Shown here: in pieces, positions 47,990 through 58,740 of the stretch
Layout of the letters: every line of letters starts with the position of its first letter
How positions within the stretch are numbered: the first letter of the stretch is position 1
From: Terriglobia bacterium
GTDB taxonomy: Bacteria > Acidobacteriota > Terriglobia > Acidiferrales > UBA7541
Direction: 5' to 3'
Assembly: GCA_963695545.1 (NCBI GenBank)
Contig: OY968796.1
Span: 1,760,001-1,824,000 of the forward strand
Length of the DNA stretch: 64,000 nt
Notes under the pieces: model-generated
What the model was told of the DNA's origin: nothing
What the model saw: the letters and a program-made list of their open reading frames with translations, nothing else
Database searches by the model: none
Translations under genes and position numbers: made by a program

Positions 47990-49504
47990 TCAATCGCTCG
48001 GCGCCGCAGCCGTCGCCGGCGCGGCGGGCGGCGCCGTGAAGTAGCGGCTCGCGAACGTTATAAATGTCGGCCAGTTCGGCGCCGGCGTGTGTCCGCCAGT
48101 GTGCTGGCGAAAGCCAATGTCGCCCACGATCAGCGCGGTTTCCACCGGCGGAAACACGGTGGTTCCCAAATCTTTCTTGCCGAGCAAATCGTACACGGGT
48201 CCCGCGCCCACGGCGGCCAGAAACGTGCCTTCAGCGTCGGCCCATCCATCTCCTGCGCCCGCGGATCCGCCGCCGATGAAAACTGGACGCGGCGCGCACA
48301 ACGCGATCAGCTCGTGCGCGTCCACCGGCAAATCGTTTGCGGTCAAGGGACCGGCATATTTCAGAAAGTTGCCGGCCATCCAGTGAAATTCGCCCGTGCC
48401 GGCCACATTCTCGAGCAGCTCTCCAAAATTTCGCCTGAAAATCTTGGCGCCACCTGTGCCGGAGGAACTGATGTAAGCGATCGCCAGGCGCGGCTCGTAA
48501 GCCATCGCCACCAGCGCGGCCTTGCCATAGCGCGAATGGCCCGCGATGCCCACCTGCTTCGCGTTCACGGATTTATCGGTCTCGAAATAATCGAGAGCGC
48601 GGCTCGCTCCCCACGCCCACGCGCGCAGCGCGCCCCAATCGTCCAGCTTGCGCGGCTGACCTTTGTTGCAAAGCCCAATAATTCCCTCCGTCAACCCCGC
48701 GCCGTTGTCCGCCTGCACGCTCGTCGGAATCAGGCTGGCATAGCCCCATCCTTTGGCCAGCACCTGTTGCTGCCATGTGGGACCCGTGGGAGCCGGCGGC
48801 GGAGTCCCACCGGCAGCCTGCATACGCTTCGCCATCGCCGCCAGGAATTCCGGGCTCCAGCTCAACTCCATCATCACCGGCACCGGTCCCGTCGCATTGG
48901 CCGGAGTCGATAACTCGAGTTCAATATCCACGCTGATCAGCGGGTACGAAGAATTGTCCACGTGCCCCACAAGTTTCTTGGTGATCACCGGCACGTCGCC
49001 GTTCATCTCTTTCGTCGCGCTGATCACTTCCCAATTTACGCTCGGCGTGTTCGCCGGCACGCGCCCATAAATTTCCCGATCGAAATATTCCACGATTTCC
49101 GGGCGCCGCTTCGTCCACCACACCTTCGCGGTCTTCACTCTCTTTCCGTCATTTAATACCAGCGGATCCGGCAGGCTCGTGTACGGAGTGGCCTTCGATT
49201 CATCCATGTTCGCCGGATGCGCCCCGGTCGGGCTGCCGTCCGCGCCGCGCCGCAGCGCGGTGATGTGCAGCAAATCCATCTCTCGCTGATGCTCCTGCTC
49301 CGCCGTCATTTGCACCGGCGGTGGCAGCGTGCTCGCCGCCTGCGGTTGGTTGGAACCGGATTGTTGTGCGCCGGCCTGCGGCTGCGTATTGGTCTGCGCG
49401 CCGATGGCCACGGCGACGCACACGAGCGCCACAAGCATCGAACCAACCAGTAATTGAACGGATCGCGGTGTGTGAGCCTTACCGCGCGAAGAGCGCTTCC
49501 TCAT
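47990..49504 (-). CDS. Secreted CE15 glucuronoyl-esterase-like protein
   Basis: WGALRAWAWGASRALDY, GHSRYGK, SG.GG, E, HELIAL.APRP; signal peptide; GGAGG RBS. Confidence 0.85.
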   Translation of the reverse strand: MRKRSSRGKAHTPRSVQLLVGSMLVALVCVAVAIGAQTNTQPQAGAQQSGSNQPQAASTLPPPVQMTAEQEHQREMDLLHITALRRGADGSPTGAHPANMDESKATPYTSLPDPLVLNDGKRVKTAKVWWTKRRPEIVEYFDREIYGRVPANTPSVNWEVISATKEMNGDVPVITKKLVGHVDNSSYPLISVDIELELSTPANATGPVPVMMELSWSPEFLAAMAKRMQAAGGTPPPAPTGPTWQQQVLAKGWGYASLIPTSVQADNGAGLTEGIIGLCNKGQPRKLDDWGALRAWAWGASRALDYFETDKSVNAKQVGIAGHSRYGKAALVAMAYEPRLAIAYISSSGTGGAKIFRRNFGELLENVAGTGEFHWMAGNFLKYAGPLTANDLPVDAHELIALCAPRPVFIGGGSAGAGDGWADAEGTFLAAVGAGPVYDLLGKKDLGTTVFPPVETALIVGDIGFRQHTGGHTPAPNWPTFITFASRYFTAPPAAPATAAAPSD

Positions 49505-49653
49505 GGTTTCCTCCCGGAACTTCATCTGCCAATGCAGACCGGAGCGCAGCCTACTCCAATGTTTCTTCGCGATTCAAGCTCATTCAGGATATGGGAAAAA
49601 CAAAATGCGCTCGCCAACCCGTGGCATTCTCCCACGATCGTCCCCGCTCGCCA

Positions 49654-50697
49654 TTATTTCGCCGCTGCACCCGGCACCGGCAACGGAATTCGCTCCATGA
49701 ACTGCCGCTGGTGCCAATACGGATACGCCGCCGCGGTTTCGCTCGCGGCGTCGAGCGTCGCGATCTGCTCTGCCGTCAAATTCCACCCGGCGCTCGCCAG
49801 ATTTTGCCGCAGTTGCTCTTCGTTGCGCGCGCCCAGAATCACGCTCGATACCGTCGGCCGCTGCAGCAACCAATTCACCGAGATTTGCGGCACGCTTTTC
49901 CCCGTTTCTTTCGCGACCGTATCGATCGCATCCACCACCTTGTGCAAATAATCCTCCGGCACCTGCGGACCCATATCGGCCGTCTTATGCAGCCGGCTCT
50001 GCGCAGGCAGAGGTTGTCCTCTCCGAATTTTCCCGGTCAAGCGGCCCCACCCCAGTGGACTCCAAACCAGCGCGCCAACTTTTTGATCGATCCCCAGCGG
50101 CATCAACTCCCACTCATACTCCCGCCCGATCAGCGAGTAATAAACTTGATGCGCCACGTACCTGGCCCACCCATATCTCTGCGAGATCCCAAGCGACTTC
50201 ATCAAATGCCAGCCGGAAAAATTCGAGCACGCGATGTAGCGCACCTTCCCCGAACGCACCAGCGTGTCGAGCGTCTCGATTGTCTCGTCGACCGGCGTCA
50301 GCTCATCGAATCCGTGCATGTGATAGATGTCAATGTAGTCCGTGCCCAGCCGCCGCAGGCTGGCCTCGCATGCTTTCAAAATGTGATAACGCGAAGAACC
50401 CGCGTCGTTCGGCCCCTTCCCGAAGCGAAAAGTCGTTTTCGTCGAGATCAGCAGCTCGTGCCGTTTTCCCTGCACGGCTTTGCCCAGAATCTCTTCCGAC
50501 AGGCCGTAAGAGTAGATATCGGCCGTGTCGAACAGATTGACGCCGGCTTCCACGCAGATATCGATCAACCGCTTGGCTTCCTCCACGTCCGTTTGGCCCC
50601 ACGCGCGGAAAAATTCGCTTCCGCCGCCGAACGTGCCCGTGCCCAAACTGAGCGCCGATACTTTCAGTCCCGAATGCCCAAGCAGTCTGTATTCCAT
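49654..50697 (-). CDS. Aldo/keto reductase
   Basis: MEYRLLGHSGLKVS, FDTADIYS, ISTK, DIYHMH, CSNF, WSPLGWGRL. Confidence 0.95.
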   Translation of the reverse strand: MEYRLLGHSGLKVSALSLGTGTFGGGSEFFRAWGQTDVEEAKRLIDICVEAGVNLFDTADIYSYGLSEEILGKAVQGKRHELLISTKTTFRFGKGPNDAGSSRYHILKACEASLRRLGTDYIDIYHMHGFDELTPVDETIETLDTLVRSGKVRYIACSNFSGWHLMKSLGISQRYGWARYVAHQVYYSLIGREYEWELMPLGIDQKVGALVWSPLGWGRLTGKIRRGQPLPAQSRLHKTADMGPQVPEDYLHKVVDAIDTVAKETGKSVPQISVNWLLQRPTVSSVILGARNEEQLRQNLASAGWNLTAEQIATLDAASETAAAYPYWHQRQFMERIPLPVPGAAAK

Positions 50698-50835
50698 GGC
50701 CGTTTGCCGCTCCTTTTCCACACGAATTCCAGCAATTATGGAGCGCCGGCCGTTTTCCGTCGACCCTTAAGATGCGCCGCGACCAGGACTTATTTTTCGA
50801 CACCGGCGAGTCCGGGCAGTGCCCTGTGGAAATTA

Positions 50836-51214
50836 ATTCGAATACTAATATACTAATTGACATATGCGTTCACAAATGCTATGCTTCTTCATGTTCGCCG
50901 GCATCCAATTCGAATTGCCCACCACCCCCGCTTTCCCCCGCCGGATCCCTGCGTCCACTCCCCCCGCTTTTGTCGGCCCGACGTGCAATCTGTGCATCCA
51001 TTTCGCCCCAGCAACTCCTTTACTTTCAGCCTCATACGCACTCCTCCAAAAGAGTGCGCATCTCATTGAAAACAATCATCATCAAGTCCCTTTGCGCTCA
51101 CACTCATCCGCACTCTTTCGCTGTACGTCCTTTAGTTTGAGCACTTTGACAAAAACATACCGGGGTGTATATAGGGCCCTTCGCTCTTTTGTAGCGGAGG
51201 CCTTCAGGCCTCCA
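50836..51214 (+). mobile_element. Dispersed promoter-bearing repeat element, copy B
   Basis: TTGACA(50857)-N17-TATGCT(50880), ATG 50891, degenerate tcc(c)ttt..cact units, aaaaacataccgggg, terminal 24-bp hairpin identical to 13158-13181. Confidence 0.55.
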
Positions 51215-51337
51215 GCCTTTTCTTGCGGCGTCCGCCAAAGCCCCAGCTACGTCGCCCTCAGGCCGGAAGTCGGAGTCTCCTTCGGAATGCCGGAGGCTTT
51301 CCAAGTTTTCCGGCGGCGCACGTGCAACCCGTCGTCT

Positions 51338-51685
51338 TTATTCTTCCGCGGGAGGACGATAGAAGAACAACGCCAGCAGACACCCGCCCGCCACCGCCAT
51401 CAACAAGAAAAACACGGTCGCCAGCACGACGCCCACGATCGTGCCGGAAATCCCGCGCGCGCCCGACAAGTGGCCCAGCAAAAGACCGCACCCGAAACCA
51501 AGTATGGCGATCCCGCCGAAGCCTGGAAGGTGGAATTTCCCGCGAGACGCCGCCCAGGGGATATACGCCAGGAGAAACACGCACACCACGGCCAGCGGCA
51601 GCACTACAGGCATCCTCACTCGACGGATCACCAGAGCAGCCAACGCGGGCAGTTGCCGGAGCGCGATCTCGGCGTCAAAGGGCAT
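51338..51685 (-). CDS. Small hypothetical membrane protein (about 3 TM helices)
   Basis: Three hydrophobic segments; start uncertain. Confidence 0.55.
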   Translation of the reverse strand: MPFDAEIALRQLPALAALVIRRVRMPVVLPLAVVCVFLLAYIPWAASRGKFHLPGFGGIAILGFGCGLLLGHLSGARGISGTIVGVVLATVFFLLMAVAGGCLLALFFYRPPAEE

Positions 51686-51979
51686 GCCGATTGCACTCAC
51701 GCATGTTGGGTTCCCAAGCGCGTCATGAATCCGCCGCGCTCTACTTGCTCCCGTCCCGCGCGGCGGCACCTGCAACTGGCCATAAGTTGCTCTTGTGCAC
51801 TCACTTGGAGACGCATGGGGATTCTTTCGCGTAAGCGAATGTGGACACGGCGTAGTGGTGCGCGCACAAGAGTGCACTCAAACCAGGCGCTGGTGTCACC
51901 GATTGAGAACACTGGTGATGAATTCGCCTCGGACGCGAATCGGGCCGTCGCGATGAGTCGAGCGCAAGAGGAAATGGCG

Positions 51980-52438
51980 ATGAAACGCAAAAAAGAAGCC
52001 GGCCAAGCTCTCGTGCTCGTGGCGATTGCGCTGCTCCTCGTTCTCCTTCCGATCATGGGCCTCGGGATCGACTTCGGATATTTCCGATACCAGGAAGTGC
52101 AGTTGCAAACTGCCGCCGACGCCGCGGCCATCGCGGCGGCTGGCGAGCTCTCCTATTCGATTTCGTGCTCCTGCAACGCTTTGCAAACCGCGGGTCAGAA
52201 CGCCGCCGCGGCCAACGGCTTCACCAACACTGCGAACGGCGCGACGGTCGCGGTGAACAATCCGCCGCAATCTCCGCAGGATCCCAACAGCGGCAACGCA
52301 AATTACGTCGAGGTGGTCGTCACGCAGGATGAGCCCACATTTTTTGGAAAGGTACTTGGGATCAACTCCGTAACGCAGTCGGCGCGCGCCGTAGCGATTC
52401 AATCGAGCCAGACCGGCGCCGGCGTACTCGTGGAATGA
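51980..52438 (+). CDS. TadG-like pilus assembly protein (Tad domain)
   Basis: GQALVLV prepilin-like N-terminus; IDFG, LQTAADAAAIAAA, V.VNNPP, PTFF; GAGGA RBS. Confidence 0.85.
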   Translation: MKRKKEAGQALVLVAIALLLVLLPIMGLGIDFGYFRYQEVQLQTAADAAAIAAAGELSYSISCSCNALQTAGQNAAAANGFTNTANGATVAVNNPPQSPQDPNSGNANYVEVVVTQDEPTFFGKVLGINSVTQSARAVAIQSSQTGAGVLVE

Positions 52439-52440
52439 TT

Positions 52441-52995
52441 ATGAAAACAGATTCGCAGATTTGCGAAGCGCGCCGCCGCGAGACGCGGTCGGCGCGCGCG
52501 TCCAGGTTCGCCCGCCGGAATCCCGTGCGCGGAGTCAGCACGCTCGAAGTGACGCTGATGCTGCCCTTCTTGCTTCTGCTTCTGATCGGCGTCGTGGATT
52601 TCGGCCAGCTTTTTCATCTCGCCATCGAAGTTTCAAATGCCGCGCGCGCCGGCGCGCAATACGGCTATCAAAATTCCGCCACCCAGGCGGACACCGCCGG
52701 AATGGTCGCCGCGGCACAGGACGATGCTTCCGACGTCACCACCTGGGGCACAAATGTCGCCACCTACGGATGCATGTGCTCGGATGGAACCTCCCAAAGC
52801 CAGATCGGCTCCTCGAGCTCCAGTTCGACGACGCTTTGCGCCACTCCGCCTTCTTCGTGTACATCGAAGGGAACGCAGCTGATCAACTACGTTCAGGTAC
52901 AGACGCAAGCCACTTACACGCCATTTTTTCCGTGGCCCGGCGCCCCTTCTTCCATCACGCTGAATGGGCAGGCCATGTATTGGGCGGCGCAGTAG
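52441..52995 (+). CDS. TadE-family pseudopilin
   Basis: RG|VSTLEVTLMLP..DFG..NAARAGA. Confidence 0.88.
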   Translation: MKTDSQICEARRRETRSARASRFARRNPVRGVSTLEVTLMLPFLLLLLIGVVDFGQLFHLAIEVSNAARAGAQYGYQNSATQADTAGMVAAAQDDASDVTTWGTNVATYGCMCSDGTSQSQIGSSSSSSTTLCATPPSSCTSKGTQLINYVQVQTQATYTPFFPWPGAPSSITLNGQAMYWAAQ

Positions 52996-53020
52996 ACTTC
53001 AAGAAAGGGCGGAGACTAAA

Positions 53021-53575
53021 TTGCAGGCTGCGGGTCAAGCGCCGATCCAATCGACGCGCCGAAATCACGAGCGAACCCTGCGCGAACACGGCAGCGCGCT
53101 TGTGGAATTCGCGCTGGTCACCGTGTTCGTTCTTTTTCCCTTGATTTTCGGCATCTTCGATTTCGCGCGGGCGGCGTACGCCTATCACTTCGTTTCCTTC
53201 GCCGCGCGCGAAGCCACGCGTTGGTCCAGCGTGCGCGGCGCGCAGTGCGCGAATTCTTTGCCCGCGCCGTGCCAGGCCACATCCGGCGCGGGCGGCAGCG
53301 TTGATACCTACGTGCGGAGCGTTCTGACCACTGGCCTCAATGTAGACACGAACTCGTGCTCAGCCACGCCCGGCTGTCTCGTCGTTACCACGAGCTGGCC
53401 TGGCGCGCCCGCGGGGATTAGTGCTCCATCTTCCTGCAGCGGCGGCGCTGGATCGAATTCTCCGGGATGTGCCGTGAGTGTCGAAATTCAATACACGTTT
53501 GGATTTGATCTTCCGTTTCTTCCGCAGGCCGTCATAAATATGTCCAGCACGTCTGAGACGGTGATATCCCAATAA
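53021..53575 (+). CDS. TadE-family pseudopilin
   Basis: HG|SALVEFAL..DF..AAREATR; start uncertain (TTG after GGAG). Confidence 0.85.
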   Translation: MQAAGQAPIQSTRRNHERTLREHGSALVEFALVTVFVLFPLIFGIFDFARAAYAYHFVSFAAREATRWSSVRGAQCANSLPAPCQATSGAGGSVDTYVRSVLTTGLNVDTNSCSATPGCLVVTTSWPGAPAGISAPSSCSGGAGSNSPGCAVSVEIQYTFGFDLPFLPQAVINMSSTSETVISQ

Positions 53576-53586
53576 TGCGCTCGCTT

Positions 53587-53982
53587 CTAGCGATTCAGCG
53601 TGGCGATTTCGAGGCGGTCTCCAACCTGCGTCCTCGAGCGATACAGAGTGTGCGGCGGGAGCTCAAGCACGCTCGACGCCTTGAAGGAAACTTTGGAAAT
53701 CCGGAACGGGCGCAGGTATTCCTCCACGCCCACCACCTCATTGTTTTTTCCAAGAAAGATCAGATCGATCGGGAACAGCATTCCGATGGTGTGCACGCCT
53801 CGGGACGGCTTGATCCACAGGCCGGCCCCGAGGCGCGCCCAGCTGCGTGTTTTTCCAAGCAAACCGATAAGCCGGCGGAGATAACTGTCCGCGAGTGTCG
53901 CTTCGGTGGCGACGAACGTCTCTCGCGTGTTGTTGTACACGTAGAGGGCGTTCCGTCGACGAGTTTTGTTTGGGCCGGTCAC
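53587..53982 (-). CDS. DUF192-domain protein
   Basis: ADSYLRRLIGLLG, GLWIKP..GVHTIGMLFPIDLIFL, SVLELP. Confidence 0.9.
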   Translation of the reverse strand: MTGPNKTRRRNALYVYNNTRETFVATEATLADSYLRRLIGLLGKTRSWARLGAGLWIKPSRGVHTIGMLFPIDLIFLGKNNEVVGVEEYLRPFRISKVSFKASSVLELPPHTLYRSRTQVGDRLEIATLNR

Positions 53983-54019
53983 GTGACTGCCGAGCGCAAA
54001 GTTCGCTCGACTCCACTTG

Positions 54020-54118
54020 TTAGTCCGTAGTCTTTTTGCTGCGGCGGTAGATGATGATTCCCAGCACGACCAATGCCCCCGCAGCGGCCGCGATCCGAAT
54101 CAAAGTTACGGTATCCAT
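54020..54118 (-). CDS. 32-aa single-pass membrane peptide in the Tad operon
   Basis: Manual translation MDTVTLIRIAAAAGALVVLGIIIYRRSKKTTD*; AAGGAG RBS; co-oriented between tadC and the DUF192 gene. Confidence 0.65.
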   Translation of the reverse strand: MDTVTLIRIAAAAGALVVLGIIIYRRSKKTTD

Positions 54119-54190
54119 TTTTCTTGCTCCTTTGCGTTTTGATTTTGGCCCTCTCGCGCGAATCGCTCGCGCGAGAAACTTCTTCTTGCT

Positions 54191-55114
54191 TCACCTCAAA
54201 GCCGGAAGCAGCTGCCGCACCAAACCGATGATTGCCGGACCCAGCACGACGACCATCAGCGCTGGGAAAATGAACAGAACCAGCGGCGCGACCATTTTCA
54301 CGCTGGTCTTCGCGCTTCGCTCTTCCGCGCGCTGCCGCCTTTTTGTGCGCAGTTCGTCGGAATGCACGCGCAACGATTGCGCGATGCTGGTTCCGAAACG
54401 CTCCGTCTGGATCAGCATGGCGACCAGCGTACGAATGTCGTCGAGGTTTGTGCGGCGCGCGAGTTCGCGCAGCGCGTCGATGCGCGTTTTTCCCACACGC
54501 ATTTCGAGGTTCACGATCTGCAATTCTTCGCTCAATTCCGGATGCACCACGCGCAATTCCTGCGCCACTCGCAAGAGCGCCTGGTCGAGGCCCAGTCCGA
54601 CCTCCACGCAAATCACCAGCAAATCCAAGCCGTCCGGCAACGCCAGCCGAAGGCGCTTTCGACGCACCTTTCCGCGCCACTGCACCCACGTTTCCGGAAG
54701 CGCGATGCCCGCGCCCGCGGCGAGCAACAGAATCAAAACGGGCGCGTACCGATACACTCCGGTGAGCAACACGATCGCGAGGAACAAAATTGGGAGCGCA
54801 ACTTTGACGCCCCGAACTACCGACCGAGCGTCCGCGTTGCGATATCCAGCGCGAATCATGGTGAGCTGCGCGCGCAACGCTTTTCGCTCGCCCGCGGCGG
54901 GCAGAAGATGGCCGAGTGAAACCAGGGCGCCGCGCGCGCGTTGTTTCTGTTTTTCCGCGAAGCGTACGCGCTCGACGAGAATGGGCGTGTCGCGCAAGCG
55001 AGAAAGGCGCCGCGCGATACCCGATTCCTCCGCGCCCAGCGCGTATATCACGGCCGCCACCGCCGTGAGGGTGATGACGAACGTCGCGACGCTTAGGACC
55101 CAAGCCATGTTCAT
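54191..55114 (-). CDS. tadC: Tad inner-membrane protein TadC (T2SS F domain)
   Basis: LPDGLDLLVICVEVGLGLDQAL, LIQTERFGTSIAQSLR, AEERSAKTSVKM. Confidence 0.92.
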   Translation of the reverse strand: MNMAWVLSVATFVITLTAVAAVIYALGAEESGIARRLSRLRDTPILVERVRFAEKQKQRARGALVSLGHLLPAAGERKALRAQLTMIRAGYRNADARSVVRGVKVALPILFLAIVLLTGVYRYAPVLILLLAAGAGIALPETWVQWRGKVRRKRLRLALPDGLDLLVICVEVGLGLDQALLRVAQELRVVHPELSEELQIVNLEMRVGKTRIDALRELARRTNLDDIRTLVAMLIQTERFGTSIAQSLRVHSDELRTKRRQRAEERSAKTSVKMVAPLVLFIFPALMVVVLGPAIIGLVRQLLPALR

Positions 55115-55124
55115 CGCTCCAACT

Positions 55125-56093
55125 TCAAACTTCGATATGCACAATCTTCCAAAGAAGAAGCGAGCCCAGAAACTGAAGCGTCGCGGCCGCGCCCAGCGCG
55201 AGCTTCCCCCACGGATCGGTGAAGAGCACGTTCACGTATACCGGGTTGACGATTTCCAATCCGACGAGCATCGCGAGCGGCATGGCGATCAGAATCATCG
55301 CCGTCAAGCGCCCCTGGGCGGATTTCACCTGCACCTCGCGATGAATGCGGAAGCGATCGCGGATCAAGCGCGCGAGATCATCGAGAATTTCCGCCAGATT
55401 TCCGCCGGTCTCTTTTTGTACCAGCAGGGCCGTTACGAAAAAACGCACGTCGACCAGCGGAACGCGGTCGGTCATATTGATCAGAGCGTCGCGCATCGGA
55501 AGTCCGAAATTGCGCTCCTCGAATGTTTTGCGGAACTCGCCGGCGAGCAACTCTGGCGATTCCTTCGCGATCATTTCAAGGCCCGTGGTGAACGCGTGAC
55601 CTGCGCGCACCGCGCGGCTCAGCAGGTCCAGCGCTTCGGGGAACATTTCCTCGAATTGCCGCAGCCGCTTGCGGCGCTTGAGCGCGACGATACCGATCGG
55701 AATCGCGGCAGCGAAGAAGCCGACGACGACACCAAAAAAATTCATGTGGAAAAACAGAGAGGCGATGACGTACGCGCCCAGGCCGAGCACGCCGCTCCAG
55801 AGGAGAATTTTCGCGGGCTTGGTTGACATCCCGGCTTGCGCGATGAAATCGCGGAGCCGGCTGCTCCAGGAGACGCGCATCAATACGCGATGCAACAGGG
55901 GAACACTGCTGTACATTTCGTCGCGAACCAGCGCCAAATCCTCGTTGATCGGGCCGCGCTCTTCGGCCTTGCGGACTGCCTCCATCCGCTGGCGAATCAC
56001 TTCGTGCCGCGAGTTTCTTCCGACCGAGATCCAGACGGCGAGAAAAACTGCGGTGGCGATCAAGAATGTAATGATGGCGACGAGAAGCGCCAT
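55125..56093 (-). CDS. tadB: Tad inner-membrane protein TadB
   Basis: FPEALDLLSRAVRAGH, ETGGNLAEILD, SAQGRLTA. Confidence 0.92.
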   Translation of the reverse strand: MALLVAIITFLIATAVFLAVWISVGRNSRHEVIRQRMEAVRKAEERGPINEDLALVRDEMYSSVPLLHRVLMRVSWSSRLRDFIAQAGMSTKPAKILLWSGVLGLGAYVIASLFFHMNFFGVVVGFFAAAIPIGIVALKRRKRLRQFEEMFPEALDLLSRAVRAGHAFTTGLEMIAKESPELLAGEFRKTFEERNFGLPMRDALINMTDRVPLVDVRFFVTALLVQKETGGNLAEILDDLARLIRDRFRIHREVQVKSAQGRLTAMILIAMPLAMLVGLEIVNPVYVNVLFTDPWGKLALGAAATLQFLGSLLLWKIVHIEV

Positions 56094-56181
56094 GACGCAC
56101 TCCTTTCGGACGATGCGGCGAGCGGCCGTTGAAGCGCCAACTTCGACACGACCGCGAACGCTGTGAGTGCACTGATCACAA

Positions 56182-57486
56182 TCACTCCGCGCCCGGCGGC
56201 GCAAACGTGAACATGGACACGGGTAGATGAATGCCGGCCACCGCCAAGCGCTCCGCAAAACGAGGGCGAACACCCGAAGGCATGAATTCGCCGATCACAT
56301 CTCCGTTGTCGCGAATGCCGCGCTTGCGGAAGACGAAAATGTCCTGCATGGTGACCACGTCGCCTTCGATGCCGGTGACTTCCGAAATATTGATGACCTT
56401 GCGCGTGCCATCGCTCAGCCGGCTGACCTGAATCACGACGTCGAGTGCGGACGCGATCTGTCTGCGTATCGCGATGTCCGGAATATTGAAGCTGGCCATG
56501 GCGATCATGGTTTCAAGGCGCGCCAGCGCGTCGCGTGGAGAATTGGCGTGAATGGTGGTGAGCGAGCCGTCGTGTCCCGTATTCATAGCCTGCAACATGT
56601 CGAGCGCTTCTTCGCCGCGCACTTCGCCGACGATGATGCGATCGGGGCGCATGCGCAGAGAATTGATCACCAGTTCGCGCTGCAGCACGGCGCCCTTGCC
56701 TTCGATATTCGGCGAACGCGTTTCCAAGCGCACCACGTGCTCTTGATGAAGCTGGAGCTCCGCGGCGTCTTCGATGGTCACGATGCGCTCGCGGCCGGAG
56801 ATGTAGGACGACAACACGTTGAGAAATGTGGTTTTCCCGGCGCCGGTGCCGCCGGAAATCAGAACATTGAGGCGCGCGGTGACACAGCCCGACAACATCT
56901 CGAGCATCGGCGCCGTCAGTGAGTTGTTGAGGACAAGATCTTCGGCCATGAGGCGATCGCGACCGAATCGCCGGATCGAAAGGCACGGTCCATCGACGGC
57001 CAGCGGCGGAATGATGGCGTTGACGCGCGAGCCATCTGCGAGCCGCGCATCCACCATCGGCGAAGATTCGTCCACGCGCCGGCCGATCGCAGAAACGATG
57101 CGGTCGATGATGGTCATCAGATGGGCGTCGTCGCGAAACTGCACGGGCGTTTCCTCGAGAATTCCGCGCCGCTCGACGTAAACGCGCTTGTAGGTGTTCA
57201 CTAGAATGTCGGAGACCGTGGGATCGTTCAGAAGCGGCTCAAGTGGGCCGAGACCGAACACTTCGTCGAGAACTTCCGAAGACAGGCGCTCGCGCTCTTC
57301 AAACGTCATGGGCATCGATTCGCCCACCACGAGATTTTCGAGGATCTGAGTCATTTCGCGCCGCACATCATCGCGCCTGATTTCGCTGAGACGATCCAAA
57401 TTCAATTTCTGGATCAGCTTGCGGTGAATCGCGGTTTTCACCGCGTTGAAGTCGATGCGTGGCGTAGAAAGTGGAGATGTGGACAT
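56182..57486 (-). CDS. cpaF: Tad secretion ATPase CpaF/TadA
   Basis: [50 protein letters not shown]. Confidence 0.97.
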   Translation of the reverse strand: MSTSPLSTPRIDFNAVKTAIHRKLIQKLNLDRLSEIRRDDVRREMTQILENLVVGESMPMTFEERERLSSEVLDEVFGLGPLEPLLNDPTVSDILVNTYKRVYVERRGILEETPVQFRDDAHLMTIIDRIVSAIGRRVDESSPMVDARLADGSRVNAIIPPLAVDGPCLSIRRFGRDRLMAEDLVLNNSLTAPMLEMLSGCVTARLNVLISGGTGAGKTTFLNVLSSYISGRERIVTIEDAAELQLHQEHVVRLETRSPNIEGKGAVLQRELVINSLRMRPDRIIVGEVRGEEALDMLQAMNTGHDGSLTTIHANSPRDALARLETMIAMASFNIPDIAIRRQIASALDVVIQVSRLSDGTRKVINISEVTGIEGDVVTMQDIFVFRKRGIRDNGDVIGEFMPSGVRPRFAERLAVAGIHLPVSMFTFAPPGAE

Positions 57487-57492
57487 CGTGGA

Positions 57493-58674
57493 TTACCTCT
57501 TGGCTCCGAACGCGAAAATGCCGCCCAGAGTGTTTCGCTTGGGGGCCGCGGCCGATTCAAGACCGACCAGACGCGACGCCAGCTCGCGGTAACGCGCGCC
57601 CAATACGCTGCTATGGCTTCCGTTGAGCGGCGTTCCATGATTGGTGGCCGTGCTGGCTCCGTCGAAATCGTTGGGCAAACACGCAAAGACCGGCAACTTG
57701 ATCTCGTTCTCGACGGACTTCAGAGTTTCTTCGTCACCCTTGTGCCAGCGGTTCAGGATGATGCGGATTCTCTCGGGCTCAATTCCGGAAGCCGCGAGGG
57801 CCTGGATGCGGCGCTCGAGGTTCCACAGCGATGGGACGTTGGCCTCCACTACGATCAGGATTGTTCGTGCGGACTGCAACACGACGTTCCATGCCGGCGA
57901 GAATTGCGGCCCCATATCCAAGACGGCGAGGTCAAAGCCCGCTTGCGCGACGTTGACCACGCGAAGGACGGACGCGACGGGAATGCTGTGCCAGTCTTCC
58001 GGGTGCAGCACCCCGGCCAAAAGCTCGAGCTTGGATTGGTGATGGGTTAGCAGACCGCCGAGGAGGTGCGTGTCGAGGCGATCGAGATTCTCGAAGGCGT
58101 CGCGTATGCCGAAGCGCGGCTTTAGATCGAGAAGCAGGTGAGCGTTGCCGAGCGGGCGCGCGAGATCGAGAAGCACGGTGTGTTTTTGCGCCACGGCGCA
58201 GAGATCGACGCCGAGATTGACGGCGACGGTGGTCGCGCCCACGCCGCCTTTCGAGCCCATCACCACGATCAGCTTTTCGCCGCCGCGCCGATCGAGCGGT
58301 TGTCCATCCAATTGAAGGCGAATCAAGATTTCGCGCAACGCTTCGGCGGACACGGGCTTGGATACAAAGTCCTGCACGCCGCTGCGCATGGCTTCGAGCA
58401 GAAGTTGTTGATTCGGCGCGGGCCCAGCTGAGCAGGCGACCAGGCGCGTGGTGGGCTGAATCCGCCGAAGATGTGCGCCGAATGCAAAATAAGGCTCCGG
58501 CTCGCGGCCGAGATCGAGAAGGACAATGTCGGGGACGGCTTCGCCGGCGTCGGGAAGCTGTTCGGCGGGGATGGCCCACTCCTTCACTGAACTCACCATG
58601 CCGGTCTGTTGCAAGCCGGCGAGGAGTTGTGCCGAACCGGATTTATCGCCGCTGGCAATTCCCGCCGTCAACAT
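57493..58674 (-). CDS. cpaE: CpaE/TadZ: atypical receiver domain + MinD-like ATPase
   Basis: Receiver-like N-terminus (AMRSGVQDFV); deviant Walker A GSKGGVGATT. Confidence 0.88.
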   Translation of the reverse strand: MLTAGIASGDKSGSAQLLAGLQQTGMVSSVKEWAIPAEQLPDAGEAVPDIVLLDLGREPEPYFAFGAHLRRIQPTTRLVACSAGPAPNQQLLLEAMRSGVQDFVSKPVSAEALREILIRLQLDGQPLDRRGGEKLIVVMGSKGGVGATTVAVNLGVDLCAVAQKHTVLLDLARPLGNAHLLLDLKPRFGIRDAFENLDRLDTHLLGGLLTHHQSKLELLAGVLHPEDWHSIPVASVLRVVNVAQAGFDLAVLDMGPQFSPAWNVVLQSARTILIVVEANVPSLWNLERRIQALAASGIEPERIRIILNRWHKGDEETLKSVENEIKLPVFACLPNDFDGASTATNHGTPLNGSHSSVLGARYRELASRLVGLESAAAPKRNTLGGIFAFGAKR

Positions 58675-58740
58675 GGGTCCACCATCCTTGTCGATTTAGC
58701 CGGCGGCCGCATATTCAAGAACGAGAGCAAGTTCATCCTC

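Noticed and set aside
50864..52438. 524-aa ORF as a single real protein
   Set aside because: Only the last 152 aa resemble a Tad protein and have their own RBS; the rest spans a repeat element and the antisense strand of a membrane-protein gene
54051..55826. 591-aa plus-strand ORF
   Set aside because: Antisense to tadB/tadC; no motifs
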